Assembly (NCBI GenBank): GCA_963667035.1
Contig: OY762964.1
Span: forward strand, 928,001-992,000
From: Candidatus Cloacimonadales bacterium
GTDB lineage: Bacteria > Cloacimonadota > Cloacimonadia > Cloacimonadales > JAFGVF01
DNA length: 64,000 nucleotides
Direction: 5' to 3'
Below are positions 1 through 12,236 of the stretch, one piece after another (the first letter of the stretch is position 1; the number at the start of each line of letters is the position of its first letter). The notes under the pieces are model-generated. The model saw only the letters and a program-made list of their open reading frames with translations. It was not told where the DNA came from and ran no database searches. Both the position numbers and the translations under genes were made by a program.

Positions 1-1
1 T

Positions 2-718
2 CTTTTTGAATCCGAATTGTTTGGACATGTTAAAGGAGCCTTTACCGGAGCCTCACAGAATAGAGTAGGTAAACTTGTTGCTGCAAATGGAGGAACACTC
101 TTCTTAGATGAGATTGGTAATCTCCCGCCTGAACAACAAATGAAGTTGCTGAAAGTACTAGAGGAGAGAAAGAGCGTAGCAGTAGGCACAAACAGGAAAG
201 AGGATATTGATGTAAGGCTTGTTTGTGCAACAAACAGTAACCTAGATCTTGCAGTGGAAGAAGGTAGTTTCAGAGCTGATTTATTGTATAGAATCAATAC
301 TATTGAGATTCATTTGCCAGCTCTTAGAAACAGAAAAAGTGATATACCGAAACTGTGTAAATATTTTCTGGACCAATACAACAGAAAGTATTCCAAAAAC
401 ATTAAAGGACTTACCTCTAGTGCTTTGACGAAACTGATGGAATATCACTTTCCCGGTAATATCAGGGAACTTAAGCATATCATCCATAGAGCTGTCATAC
501 TGTGTCCTGATAATGCTATTAGTTCAAACCATATTGCATTGAAGAATAAAGTCTCCGGAAGCAAGCTGAAACTGGACAGTTTGAACATAGAATCAGCGGA
601 AGAGGCACTTATTAGAGAGGCTTTGCATAAATATCAAGGTAACATGACCAAAGCGGCTAAAGCTTTGGGAATAAACAGAACATCTTTATACAGAAGGATA
701 GAAAAATATGGGCTATAA
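2..718 (+). CDS. Sigma-54-dependent transcriptional activator (NtrC/AtoC-type), C-terminal part; truncated by the window start
   Basis: Frame is open from nt 2 ([17 protein letters not shown]). Contains Walker [23 protein letters not shown] and a C-terminal Fis-type HTH ([19 protein letters not shown]). Confidence 0.93.
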   Translation, partial: LFESELFGHVKGAFTGASQNRVGKLVAANGGTLFLDEIGNLPPEQQMKLLKVLEERKSVAVGTNRKEDIDVRLVCATNSNLDLAVEEGSFRADLLYRINTIEIHLPALRNRKSDIPKLCKYFLDQYNRKYSKNIKGLTSSALTKLMEYHFPGNIRELKHIIHRAVILCPDNAISSNHIALKNKVSGSKLKLDSLNIESAEEALIREALHKYQGNMTKAAKALGINRTSLYRRIEKYGL

Positions 719-2039
719 AGTTGGGTCAATAGGCAAGCTTACTGTTGTCGTTAATGTTATAATGTGTATCTGTGCAGGAGCTTCGGCATACTTTTTTGCT
801 CAGAAAGATTATTTTTCAGCTTGGGTGTCTCTGCTAATAACTGTCATTTTAGTTTCAGGTGTTCCGATTTATATTAAAAGGCTTATCAATAATATGATTG
901 AATTAATCCACTCATACAATCAAAATTGGAATGCAAGAGAAGTGGATTTACCGGGATTTTCTGATGAACTGATTGCTCTTAACAAAGAGCTTATTTACTT
1001 AAGAGAGAGAACTAAGGAGACATGCCGAACTAATGCAATGAGTGCAGTTCTGATTGAGAAGATAATCGAGCATTTACCCTTTGCTATTATGGTATATGAT
1101 AACCACAAAAAAGTCTATTATTCTAACTCAGTGCTAAAAGAGATTCTGGATGATGACTTTGATTATATATCTGCTACGAATCTAAGAGATAGAGATCTTA
1201 TTGATAAAATCGATTCACTTCTAGAGGGTAAACAGATTGTGTTCTCTCATAACTCTCAGGAACAATCAGGTGAATATCTGATATCTAAGAATAGTTTTAA
1301 ACTTGATAAGAATAGGTATTATCTCGTTACCATGAAAGACATCAAATCAGAAATGGATACTCATGAATCGGTTTCTTGGCAGAAACTAATCAGAGTTTTA
1401 AATCATGAAATAGCCAATTCCTTAACTCCGATTGCCTCATTGTCTGATACTCTGCTAACACAGTTAGATGAGCCTGTCAGTGACTTGGATAAAACATTAA
1501 ACAACTCCCTGAAGCTATTCTCTAAACGTTCAAAAGCTCTTATGCAGTTTGTAAAGAGATACCGTGAGCTGGCTATTATTGAAACTCCGGATCTTATTCC
1601 ATCAAAACTAAAGCTACTTATAACAGACACAATAAGCTTATTCGAAAATGAGTTTGAAGAAAAGGGTATTAAACTCTCTTTGAACTTTAATGAAGGACCT
1701 GCTCTTGTTAATATTGATCAGACTATGTTCCAACAGGTTCTGATAAATCTCATAAAGAATTCAATTGATGCAATGCAGAACAGCATAAGAAAACTACTTT
1801 TTATCAATCTGGAAGAAACTAAAGCCGAATCGATAATTACTATTATCGACAGTGGGGCAGGGATTACCGAAGATGCTTTACCAAACATCTTTATTCCGTT
1901 CTTTACCACCAAGAAGGATGGTTCAGGTATAGGGCTTGCTCTGACAAGGCAGATAGTTAGATTGCATAAAGGTGATATTACTGCAACTTCCGGACCGGGA
2001 GAAGAAACTATCTTCAGAATAGTCTTACCTAATCTGTAA
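708..2039 (+). CDS. Membrane sensor histidine kinase (NtrY-like), probable partner of the upstream activator
   Basis: Two N-terminal TM segments, a PAS-like region, H-box [13 protein letters not shown]-box NLIKNS, G boxes DSGAG and [13 protein letters not shown]. Overlaps the upstream stop. Confidence 0.92.
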   Translation: MGYKVGSIGKLTVVVNVIMCICAGASAYFFAQKDYFSAWVSLLITVILVSGVPIYIKRLINNMIELIHSYNQNWNAREVDLPGFSDELIALNKELIYLRERTKETCRTNAMSAVLIEKIIEHLPFAIMVYDNHKKVYYSNSVLKEILDDDFDYISATNLRDRDLIDKIDSLLEGKQIVFSHNSQEQSGEYLISKNSFKLDKNRYYLVTMKDIKSEMDTHESVSWQKLIRVLNHEIANSLTPIASLSDTLLTQLDEPVSDLDKTLNNSLKLFSKRSKALMQFVKRYRELAIIETPDLIPSKLKLLITDTISLFENEFEEKGIKLSLNFNEGPALVNIDQTMFQQVLINLIKNSIDAMQNSIRKLLFINLEETKAESIITIIDSGAGITEDALPNIFIPFFTTKKDGSGIGLALTRQIVRLHKGDITATSGPGEETIFRIVLPNL

Positions 2040-2068
2040 TGAGTTTATTAATACTGATAATCATGTGA

Positions 2069-2606
2069 TTTGCCAGACTCGCTAGGAATGGTGTTTCCTG
2101 TACAAACTATAAAGATGATCTCTCAACTGCCATTTTTGCGGATTACGTAATTGAATACCTAAAAGGGTTACATTGCTCTCCTAATGATATTACTTTCCAA
2201 ACAGATAACGGTACTGAATTTATTGAACCTCTTCATAGTAGAGTCACAATCTTTGAAGAGATCTTAAACAAGCATGGAGTAACTCATGTTCGCATACCTC
2301 CAAAATCTCCAACATTCAACAGTGATATAGAAAGCTTTCACAACACCATAGAGCAAGAATTATATGATTATGAAGAGTTTAGAGACATTATATCTTTCAT
2401 TAGTAAAGTCTTCATATATCAGACTTACTACAACCATATCCGTAAAATCAGGACTAGAGGCAACAAGTCCCCCGTTGAGTTAGTCGCAGAATATGGACTT
2501 AAGGCTAAAACTGCTGATTTATGCTTTATCCCCATATTCTGCGACTCTTTTAGAAAGAATTTTCTTGCTAATTACAAAACTGGATACTTTAAAGGGTTAC
2601 CTCTCA
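2069..2606 (+). pseudogene. 5'-truncated DDE integrase-core (rve) transposase remnant, IS481/IS3-like
   Basis: Start-less open frame 2069-2743, absent from the ORF track. Translates to STAIFADYVIEYLKG..ITFQTDNGTEF..KHGVTHVRIPPKSPTFNSDIESFHNTIEQE..YYNHIRKIRTRGNKSP. A possible right end ...GGTTACCTCTCA at 2606 is tentative. Confidence 0.8.
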
Positions 2607-2662
2607 GTTACCTCCCACTATTTTTAACCTTCTACGTCCCTTCTAGGCGACTGTTTAAGACA

Positions 2663-2722
2663 TTGGAACCAAATTGGATCCACCAAGGAGCCTCCTTGGA
2701 CCCTCTTTGGCGAACGCCAAAG
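2663..2722. repeat. 11-bp phased degenerate repeat array with embedded palindromes
   Basis: TTGGAACCAAA/TTGGATCCACC/AAGGAGCCTCC/TTGGACCCTCT/TTGGCGAACGC. Palindromes CCAAGGAG-C-CTCCTTGG and TTTGGCG-AA-CGCCAAA. Confidence 0.7.
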
Positions 2723-2744
2723 TTGTCCACATTATGTGGATAAC
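2722..2744. promoter_or_regulatory. Inverted pair of DnaA-box-like sites
   Basis: GTTGTCCACA-TTA-TGTGGATAAC. The second site is a perfect TTATCCACA on the minus strand; the first has one mismatch. Confidence 0.55.
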
Positions 2745-2942
2745 TTTCACCAATGTATAACTTTTCTCTTGACCGCGACTGCAGAAGGGAGATAATTGAC
2801 TCATAGTTAGATAGTTATGTGCGTTCTATAAAAAATTGTCTGTCGAAAATATATCTTGAGAGGAAAGTTCATATTTATAAGTAACAAATCATGTGTAACA
2901 ACTCTCAAGCCCTCTTAATATGCCTAACTTCAGGAGAGCAAA

Positions 2943-3398
2943 ATGAAAGTAAATCTTATGAGACCGTTTGGAGCCTTTTCGGGTAAAATGGCTAAGCTTG
3001 TCTATTACATTGACAAGTTCACCGGTGAAGGCTATGCAAGAGAATATGTAGTTCCAGCTCGTACCGAGCAAAATACAATTATCGGAGAGACTACTCGTAA
3101 TCTTTCAGTTTATTATAACAATCTAAGCCCGGAATATCTTTGTGATTTGAAGAATTATGCAGATCGCTTGAATACCATACTCATGGGACATGGAACCAGA
3201 CTGAACGGTCCCTCCATGAATCTAAAGATGATGTATCTGCTAAAAAAAGCTCTTCCGGGAGTTAATCTTCAAACAATTACCCCTCAGGAAGTGTATGATA
3301 ATGATCTTCCCGTTAAAACAATAATGGAAGCGGTTGAGACAGGTTTAATTCCGGTTGTTCCGAGATATGAAGAATTGGACCATCCCATAGTCGCCTAG
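2943..3398 (+). CDS. Hypothetical protein (151 aa); N-terminus reminiscent of DUF6266-type proteins
   Basis: AGGAGAG RBS before the ATG. N-terminal GAFSGKMAKLVYY...YAREYVVPARTEQN pattern. Confidence 0.7.
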   Translation: MKVNLMRPFGAFSGKMAKLVYYIDKFTGEGYAREYVVPARTEQNTIIGETTRNLSVYYNNLSPEYLCDLKNYADRLNTILMGHGTRLNGPSMNLKMMYLLKKALPGVNLQTITPQEVYDNDLPVKTIMEAVETGLIPVVPRYEELDHPIVA

Positions 3399-3405
3399 CT
3401 AAAAA

Positions 3406-3498
3406 TTACAACTGTATGTGCTTGCGAGTTCGGTAACGGTGAAGTTAGCTGATTGTACTATCCGAAAAACCGAATTCACAAGCCTACAGAAGTTAGAA
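3406..3498 (+). other. Long imperfect hairpin with attC-like boundaries
   Basis: TTACAAC...GCTTG-C-GAGTTCGGT...ACCGAATTC-A-CAAGC...GTTAGAA, 93 bp, starting 8 nt after the stop codon of 2943-3398. Confidence 0.45.
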
Positions 3499-3970
3499 GT
3501 TTTAATAAGAATAACTATCTTCGGGAAATGAATCAATCAATTAATTTATAAAGCTTCTATCTGACAAAGCTAATACTTCCCCAATACCATTTATCCGTAT
3601 GATTTTGATAAATTATTTGTCATTTACTATCATATTGCAACAAGTATGCTTCATAGTATATGAAAGTTGTTATAAACATTTTTTAACTTAGTATGTCACG
3701 TAAAGAGTGACTAAATAGGAACTATAATGAAACTCACAATCTCATGAGAGTTTATTCAAATGATTCTTGTAATTGTCATTTAAGAACAGAGTAACTCCTT
3801 AAGGAACTGATTCGTATTCATAAGTTTGACTAGGGAAAGAGATTCCTAAAGAATTAATGTGTAAAGTGTGGTTGAAAGTAGTAAGTAAAAAAATGTTCAT
3901 TTACACTTATTGAATAAATATAAAATGGTAGAAAATAAAGATTTAAATAGTGAAAAAATAATTGCTATCC

Positions 3971-3998
3971 TTGACAATTATTGAGGATTTGGTATAAA
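3971..3998 (+). promoter_or_regulatory. Putative sigma-70 promoter of the PAS kinase gene
   Basis: TTGACA-N16-TATAAA with an extended -10 TG, followed by an AGGAG RBS before ATG 4043. Confidence 0.5.
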
Positions 3999-4042
3999 TT
4001 ACAGTAACTAAATCCGTTATTAAATCACCTATAGGAGTTGAC

Positions 4043-7000
4043 ATGCTAAATACTGAGTTACCAAGTTACTTTGACTTATTCTTCAGTAAATCTCCTGAAG
4101 CTATCTTGATAATTGATAATCAATTACAAATTGTTTATGCAAATACAAGTTTTAATATTATCTCCGGACTCAAAGAATACAATCCGAAAGATTTAAATGA
4201 ATTGCTACTCCATTGTTCCGAAGCCGATAGAGTTACAGGGCTTATTCAGCAAGCATTTAAAGGAGATTCCGTCTTTTCTCAACCGATACAGTGTTTTGCG
4301 GAAGACGAGTTTAACAAAGATTGGTTTAAAGTTGAAGCTTATCCAATAACTTCAGAAGATAAGGATTCCGGTTATGTTATATTGGTTCTTAACAATGTTA
4401 CTGATCAAGTTAATCAAAAACCGGAACTAGACGTACAAAGAGATATGTACAAAGCTTTATATAATGCCTCCCATGTCCCTTATCAGTCTCTCTCGGATGA
4501 TGGTTTGATAAGAGACGTAAATCCGGCTTGGTTGGAAACACTAGGTTATAGTGAAGTTGAAGTGATTGGAATGAGCTTTGGTGATTTGCTTCATGATGAA
4601 GACCTACCTGTCTTTCTGGAGAATTTTAAGAAATTGAGAAAGGTTGGTTCTGTTTCCGGTACATCCTATAGAATACGTCACAAAGACGGCTCTTACCGAC
4701 ACATAATGGTTAAAGGTAAGATCGGAATCAACAGGAATACGAACACTAAGCAAACTTATTGTGTGTTTCAAGATATAACAAGTCGAATAAAAGTAGAGAA
4801 AGAGCTAGAGATAGAGCAGAGAAGAATTAGAACTTTAATGAGTAATGTTCCCGGTATTGTTTTCAGGTGTAAAGTAGATGAACACTGGACAATGGAGTGC
4901 CTTAGTGACGGATGCTATAGCTTAACAGGTTATAAACCGAATGAGTTTATTGGTAACAATGCACTAACTTTTGATTCAATCATTCATGAAGATGATAGGG
5001 AGTCGGTAAGAGATGCTATTCTGGAAGCAACTAAAGAGATGAGTCATTACGAAGTTGAATATAGAGTTATAACTAAATCGGGCGTAGTGAAGTGGGTCTG
5101 GGAAAGAGGTATTAGCATCGAAGAGATAGATGGAGAAAATATTCTTGAAGGATTCATCACTGATATAACCGAAAGGATTCTTTACAGAAAGCAACTTGAA
5201 AAGAATGAAGTACTTTTGTCAGCCATATTAGATACGGTACCGGATTATGTTTGGGTTAAGAATGAAGACGGTCAATACGTTTCCTGCAACAAGAAATTAA
5301 GGGATTTGTTTCAAAAGGGCAATGAAGAGATTATAGGTAAATCCGATATTGATATCGTAAGCAAAGAGCAAGCAGAATTATTTAGGAGTTATGACAAATT
5401 AGTATTGGAGAAAATGAAACCGATAACTTATGAGCAAACAATAAAGAATACTGTAACCGGTAATGATATCGAGTTGGAAACCCATAAAGCACCGCTATAC
5501 GATGATACGGGTCAATTGATTGGAATACTTGGAGTTGGCAGAGATATTACGGAGAAGAAGAATATAACCAATAGATTACTCGATAAAGAAAGACAAATCC
5601 AAGCAATATATGATGACAAGACTACATTTATAGGAGTACTTGATTCAGAGTTTAGACTTATTGAGTGCAATAACTCAGCTTTAAACTTCATTAATTGCAG
5701 TTTAGATGATGTTCAAAATCTTCCATTTCCCGATTTACCATGGTGGAGAGGTAGCGAACCATGCCGTCAGAAGTTGATTGAGTCTCTGAAAAGGGCTAAA
5801 GAAGGTAAATCAGTTATATTTAGAGCTAAGAACTTTGGAGCTAATGATGAAGTAAAATATGTAAACTTATCGGTAAGACCCATCTCTAACTCACAAGGAG
5901 AGATATGTAGTTTCTTAGTTGAAGGACAGGATGTTACTGAAACATTCCGTATTAGAGAAGAGTTGCAGGCCAGTGAAGAAAAGTTCAAGAGATTATCCGA
6001 AAATGCTAAAGACATGATATTTAGGATGAGTTTACCGGAAGGAAAGTATGAATATGTTAATAGCTCTGCGAAAACTGTTATGGGAATATCAGCGGAAGAG
6101 TTTTATGCCCATCCGTTAATAATTAAAGAGATACTTCATTCCGATTGGCTTGATATTTTTAAGAAGGGATGGGAAGATATTACTAATGGAAGTGTTAAAC
6201 CTGTTATGGAATACCAGATTGTTACACCTGAAGGTGAAACCAAGTGGATTCATCAGAGAAGTGTGATTGTAAAAAATAATGATGGAGTTCCTATTGCCTT
6301 AGAAGGTATAGCTACAGATTTGACCGAATTGAAGCATGTTCAAGAGGAACTTGAAAAGAATCAAATCAGATATATTAAGGCTCAAGCATTAGGTAAGGTA
6401 GGTAACTGGGAATACGATATAAAGACAGATGAATATTGGGGATCTGCTGAGTCAAAAAAGATTTATGGATTTTCAGAGGATAAAATAAAGCTAACATCAG
6501 AAGAAGTAGAGGGCTGTATACCCGATAGAGAAAGAGTACATCAGGCACTTGTAGATCTTCTTGAACACAACAAGCACTATGATATTGAGTTTGAAATAAA
6601 CACTTTTGATAAAGGAATTAAGAAAATGATTCACTCTACCGCCTTTATCGAATATGATAAAAACGGTGAACCTTTGAAAGTGACAGGACTTATTCAAGAT
6701 GTATCCGAAAGAGTAGAGAATAACAACAAGTTAATGAATCTAAACCAAAGATTGAAACTTGCAACCGAATCCGCAGACTTAGGAATCTGGGAGTTGGATT
6801 TAGTCGCAGGAACTTTGATTTGGGATAACAAAATGTTCCAGATTTATGAAATTGACCCTGACTTGTTTAGTTACCACTATTCCAGTTGGGTGGATGTGAT
6901 ATTCGAAGAAGACAGAGAAAAAGTAAGTGAAGAGTTCAGGAGTTCCCTGAATTCAGGAAAGTATAAATGTGAGTATAGAATTACCACTCCCACGGGACAA

Positions 7001-7849
7001 GTTAAAGTTATCGAGAGCTATGCTACATTCTTGTATAGTCAATGTGGCAAACCGGTTAGAATGTATGGTATTAACAGAGATATTACGAAGAATAAGACAA
7101 GAGATGAGGAACTTGAAAACTATAAGAATCATTTGGAATTACTAGTTAACGAAAGAACTCAAGAACTTGAAGAAGCTAATCAGGAGTTAGAAAGTTTCTC
7201 CTACTCAGTTTCACATGACTTAAGGGCTCCTCTTAGAGCTATTAGCGGTTTCTGCAATATTCTGGAAGAAGATTATAGTGACGGGCTTGATGAAGAAGGG
7301 AAAAGACTCCTCTCCATTATCACCAATAATGCTCTGACAATGAATCAACTGATAACTGACATTCTGAGATTATCCAGGATTACTAGAAAAGAGATTAACA
7401 AAGTTTATACCGATATGAATGTAGTAGTAAATTCCTGTTTCTGCTCGGTTGCCAACGAGCAGGAAAAGAAAGACTTTGAGTTTGTTGTACATAATTTGGA
7501 TATGGCACCTTGTGACCCTAATTCGATGAAACTTGTCTGGTCTAACCTGATAGGGAATGCCCTAAAATACAGTAGCAAATCTGAAAAGAAGAAGATTGAG
7601 GTTACCTCCTATTTAGAATCGGATAGAATAATCTACCAAATTCAAGATTGGGGAGCAGGATTTAACGAAGAATATTCAGAGAAACTTTTTGGTGTATTTC
7701 AGAGACTCCATAAGCCCGATGAGTTTAGCGGTACAGGAATAGGATTAGCTTTATGCAAGCGCATAATTAATAAGCATGACGGCAACATCTCAGCAAAAGG
7801 TAAGATAGGTTATGGAGCTACTTTCAGATTTTATTTACCTTTAGAATAA
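4043..7849 (+). CDS. Cytoplasmic multi-PAS/PAC sensor histidine kinase
   Basis: About eight PAS/PAC repeats (IHEDDRE, EYRVITKSG, DITER motifs), H-box SYSVSHDLRAPLRAI, NLIGNALKYS, FQRLH, GTGIGLA. Confidence 0.93.
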   Translation: MLNTELPSYFDLFFSKSPEAILIIDNQLQIVYANTSFNIISGLKEYNPKDLNELLLHCSEADRVTGLIQQAFKGDSVFSQPIQCFAEDEFNKDWFKVEAYPITSEDKDSGYVILVLNNVTDQVNQKPELDVQRDMYKALYNASHVPYQSLSDDGLIRDVNPAWLETLGYSEVEVIGMSFGDLLHDEDLPVFLENFKKLRKVGSVSGTSYRIRHKDGSYRHIMVKGKIGINRNTNTKQTYCVFQDITSRIKVEKELEIEQRRIRTLMSNVPGIVFRCKVDEHWTMECLSDGCYSLTGYKPNEFIGNNALTFDSIIHEDDRESVRDAILEATKEMSHYEVEYRVITKSGVVKWVWERGISIEEIDGENILEGFITDITERILYRKQLEKNEVLLSAILDTVPDYVWVKNEDGQYVSCNKKLRDLFQKGNEEIIGKSDIDIVSKEQAELFRSYDKLVLEKMKPITYEQTIKNTVTGNDIELETHKAPLYDDTGQLIGILGVGRDITEKKNITNRLLDKERQIQAIYDDKTTFIGVLDSEFRLIECNNSALNFINCSLDDVQNLPFPDLPWWRGSEPCRQKLIESLKRAKEGKSVIFRAKNFGANDEVKYVNLSVRPISNSQGEICSFLVEGQDVTETFRIREELQASEEKFKRLSENAKDMIFRMSLPEGKYEYVNSSAKTVMGISAEEFYAHPLIIKEILHSDWLDIFKKGWEDITNGSVKPVMEYQIVTPEGETKWIHQRSVIVKNNDGVPIALEGIATDLTELKHVQEELEKNQIRYIKAQALGKVGNWEYDIKTDEYWGSAESKKIYGFSEDKIKLTSEEVEGCIPDRERVHQALVDLLEHNKHYDIEFEINTFDKGIKKMIHSTAFIEYDKNGEPLKVTGLIQDVSERVENNNKLMNLNQRLKLATESADLGIWELDLVAGTLIWDNKMFQIYEIDPDLFSYHYSSWVDVIFEEDREKVSEEFRSSLNSGKYKCEYRITTPTGQVKVIESYATFLYSQCGKPVRMYGINRDITKNKTRDEELENYKNHLELLVNERTQELEEANQELESFSYSVSHDLRAPLRAISGFCNILEEDYSDGLDEEGKRLLSIITNNALTMNQLITDILRLSRITRKEINKVYTDMNVVVNSCFCSVANEQEKKDFEFVVHNLDMAPCDPNSMKLVWSNLIGNALKYSSKSEKKKIEVTSYLESDRIIYQIQDWGAGFNEEYSEKLFGVFQRLHKPDEFSGTGIGLALCKRIINKHDGNISAKGKIGYGATFRFYLPLE

Positions 7850-7943
7850 ATAATGATTAGTTTATAGTTTATAACTATGAATTTACTTGACTCGATGTAA
7901 ACTCAGTAAATAAGTCACTAAAAAATAAATCAGTGGAGGAGAT

Positions 7944-9930
<1,987 letters not shown>

Positions 9931-9949
9931 TATAGATTCCGACTTGTTT

Positions 9950-9982
9950 TGAGGAGCGAAATTTATTTCACTCCTCATTTTT
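9950..9982 (+). terminator. Rho-independent terminator after fba-gap
   Basis: TGAGGAG-C-GAAAT..ATTTC-A-CTCCTCA followed by a T-run. Confidence 0.7.
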
Positions 9983-10063
9983 ATTAAGTAATACTTAAAA
10001 AAGTTATTGACTACTTCTTTTCTGTAGGGTATAGCAAATATTATCAAAACATGAGGACAGTAA

Positions 10064-10930
10064 ATGGAAACTTTGAAATGTTTACAGAAAGCATTGAATT
10101 ACATTGAAGAGCATTTAGAAGAGAAGATTACTCTTGAGGATTTAGCTGATGTCGCTAATTACTCCCCTTGGCACTTTCATCGTTTGTTTAAGGCATACGT
10201 AGGAAAAGGTGTGGGTGAATATGTGCGTCTCAGGAAACTCTCAAAAGCCAGTTATGAGCTGGTGTTCACGGTAAGGCCAATCGTGGATATTGCTACTAAA
10301 TACTCTTTCGAATCTCAAGCAGCTTTTACCAGAGCATATCAAACATGCTTCGGTGTTACCCCGGGTAAAGCACGCCGAAGACTTAAAACTGTTCACAGTT
10401 TTGCACCTGTTAGATTAGACAATATCAAACTATTAAGAAGAGGAGAATCTCAAATGAAGACAAGGATAGTAGAAAGAGATGAGTTCACTGTTGTAGGTAA
10501 GGAATGTTTCTGTTCTCAAAACAATAATACAATCCCTCAGTTATGGTCCGAATTCAACAAAGACATGTGCAACATACCCGATATGAAGAATACTAACGAA
10601 GCTATAGGGGTTTGTCTCTGTGATGAAGAGCATGTTACTCCTGATACAGAGTTTAGATATATTGCCGGAATGGAAGTTAAGAAAGCTGATACTCTTCCTG
10701 AAGGTATGGTTTCATATACCGTTCAGGGAGGAAGGTTTCTTGTGGTTGAACATATCGGAGCATTAGATACTTTACCTCAAACTTATGACTATGCTTATAT
10801 GACTTGGTTTGCTGAGAATGAAAAGTATCAACCGGTTGGTAATCTTGATTTTGAATTGTATGGAGAGAAATATACTTTCGGTGCTGAAGACTCCATTATG
10901 GAAATCTGGATACCACTGAAAGAAAAATAG
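10064..10930 (+). CDS. AraC-family regulator with C-terminal GyrI-like effector-binding domain
   Basis: LEDLADVANYSPWHFHRLF and YSFESQAAFTRAY HTH motifs. C-terminal FTVVGK...IPQLW...YIAG...EIWIP. Confidence 0.92.
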   Translation: METLKCLQKALNYIEEHLEEKITLEDLADVANYSPWHFHRLFKAYVGKGVGEYVRLRKLSKASYELVFTVRPIVDIATKYSFESQAAFTRAYQTCFGVTPGKARRRLKTVHSFAPVRLDNIKLLRRGESQMKTRIVERDEFTVVGKECFCSQNNNTIPQLWSEFNKDMCNIPDMKNTNEAIGVCLCDEEHVTPDTEFRYIAGMEVKKADTLPEGMVSYTVQGGRFLVVEHIGALDTLPQTYDYAYMTWFAENEKYQPVGNLDFELYGEKYTFGAEDSIMEIWIPLKEK

Positions 10931-10949
10931 AAATCAGCATTTTTATGCT

Positions 10950-10978
10950 ATAGCTCCTCTTTATGAGGAGCTATTTTT
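10950..10978 (+). terminator. Rho-independent terminator
   Basis: ATAGCTCCTC-TTTAT-GAGGAGCTAT-TTTT. Confidence 0.8.
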
Positions 10979-11198
10979 AATGTAGACGGGTTGCATAAGT
11001 TTCTGAAAGACAATAAATATTGATATGAATCCCTATTCGTGAGCTTTAAAAAGATGTAGCTAAATTTACTACTAATCCGGTTAACTTAGAGTAAAATTGC
11101 TTTAAACCCTCTTAGTTTCCTCATAAAACAATTGACAAAGATAGACTCCAATATAGTAATGATATGAAAGTACAAGCAAATCTACGGGAGGTATTGCT

Positions 11199-12233
11199 GT
11201 GAATAAATTGCGCTTTGGTCTTATTGGCTGTGGTCGTATCTCTAAGAATCATTTTGAATCTGTTAAACAAATTGAGACTGCAGAATTTGTAGCTTGTTGT
11301 GATATTATCCAATCAAGAGCTCAGGAAGCTGCAGAACAATACAATATTGCTAATTACTATACTGATTATCATGAGATGTTAAAAAAAGAGAAACTTGATG
11401 CAGTTAGTATTTGCACACCTAGTGGTATGCATCCTTTTATTGGAGCTGATGTAGCTGCTCATAAGGTAAATGTTATTACTGAGAAACCAATGGCTATTAA
11501 TGTGCATGATGCTGATCATCTCATTAAAGCATGTGATAAGTATGGAGTTCAACTGTTTGTTGTGAAACAGAATAGACTAAATACAACAATGCAGTTATTG
11601 AAGAAAGCTATTGATAAAAATCGTTTTGGCAGAATATTCATGGTACAATCAAATGTGTTCTGGCAAAGACCTCAAAACTATTATGATTCAGCAAAATGGA
11701 GAGGTACTTGGGAGTTTGACGGTGGTGCTTTCATGAATCAAGCGAGTCATTATATTGATGCTTTATACTGGTTGATTGGAAACGTTGAATCAGTAATGGC
11801 TGAAACCGGAACTCTAGCTAGAAATATTGAAGCTGAAGATACCGGAACAGCTATTTTAAAATTCCGTTCAGGTGTAATTGGAACAATCAATGTAACCATG
11901 CTTACATATCCTAAAAACTTTGAGGGTTCAATAACTATATTAGGTGAAAAAGGTACTGTTAAAATTGGTGGTGTTGCCATAAATCATGTCGAAAAATGGG
12001 AGTTTGCCGAGTATGATGATGACGATAAATTAATCACGGATAGTAATTACCAACCACCTAACATTTATGGATTTGGTCATATCCCTTATTATCAGAATGT
12101 TGCCGATGTTTTAACAGGTAAAGCAGAACCTAAAACTGATGGACGAGACGGTCGTAAATCGGTCGAGATAATTGAAGCAATCTACAAGTCTTCAAGAGAT
12201 AAAGTAAAAGTTAGCTTACCTTTGATATATTAA
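11199..12233 (+). CDS. Gfo/Idh/MocA oxidoreductase, WbpB-like UDP-GlcNAc(A) 3-dehydrogenase
   Basis: GLIGCGRIS, ICTPSGMH, EKPMA, VVKQNRLN, WRGTWEFDGGAFMNQASHY. GGGAGG RBS, GTG start. Confidence 0.85.
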   Translation: MNKLRFGLIGCGRISKNHFESVKQIETAEFVACCDIIQSRAQEAAEQYNIANYYTDYHEMLKKEKLDAVSICTPSGMHPFIGADVAAHKVNVITEKPMAINVHDADHLIKACDKYGVQLFVVKQNRLNTTMQLLKKAIDKNRFGRIFMVQSNVFWQRPQNYYDSAKWRGTWEFDGGAFMNQASHYIDALYWLIGNVESVMAETGTLARNIEAEDTGTAILKFRSGVIGTINVTMLTYPKNFEGSITILGEKGTVKIGGVAINHVEKWEFAEYDDDDKLITDSNYQPPNIYGFGHIPYYQNVADVLTGKAEPKTDGRDGRKSVEIIEAIYKSSRDKVKVSLPLIY

Positions 12234-12236
12234 AAT

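Noticed and set aside
2663..2747. oriC or plasmid iteron origin at the DnaA-box pairs (also 18342)
   Set aside because: Only two boxes per site, no dnaA/dnaN/rep gene nearby, and the units are too degenerate for iterons. Kept only as a cis-element hypothesis.
3500..3960. Cassette ORF downstream of the attC-like hairpin
   Set aside because: Only very short frames were seen on either strand in this AT-rich DNA.
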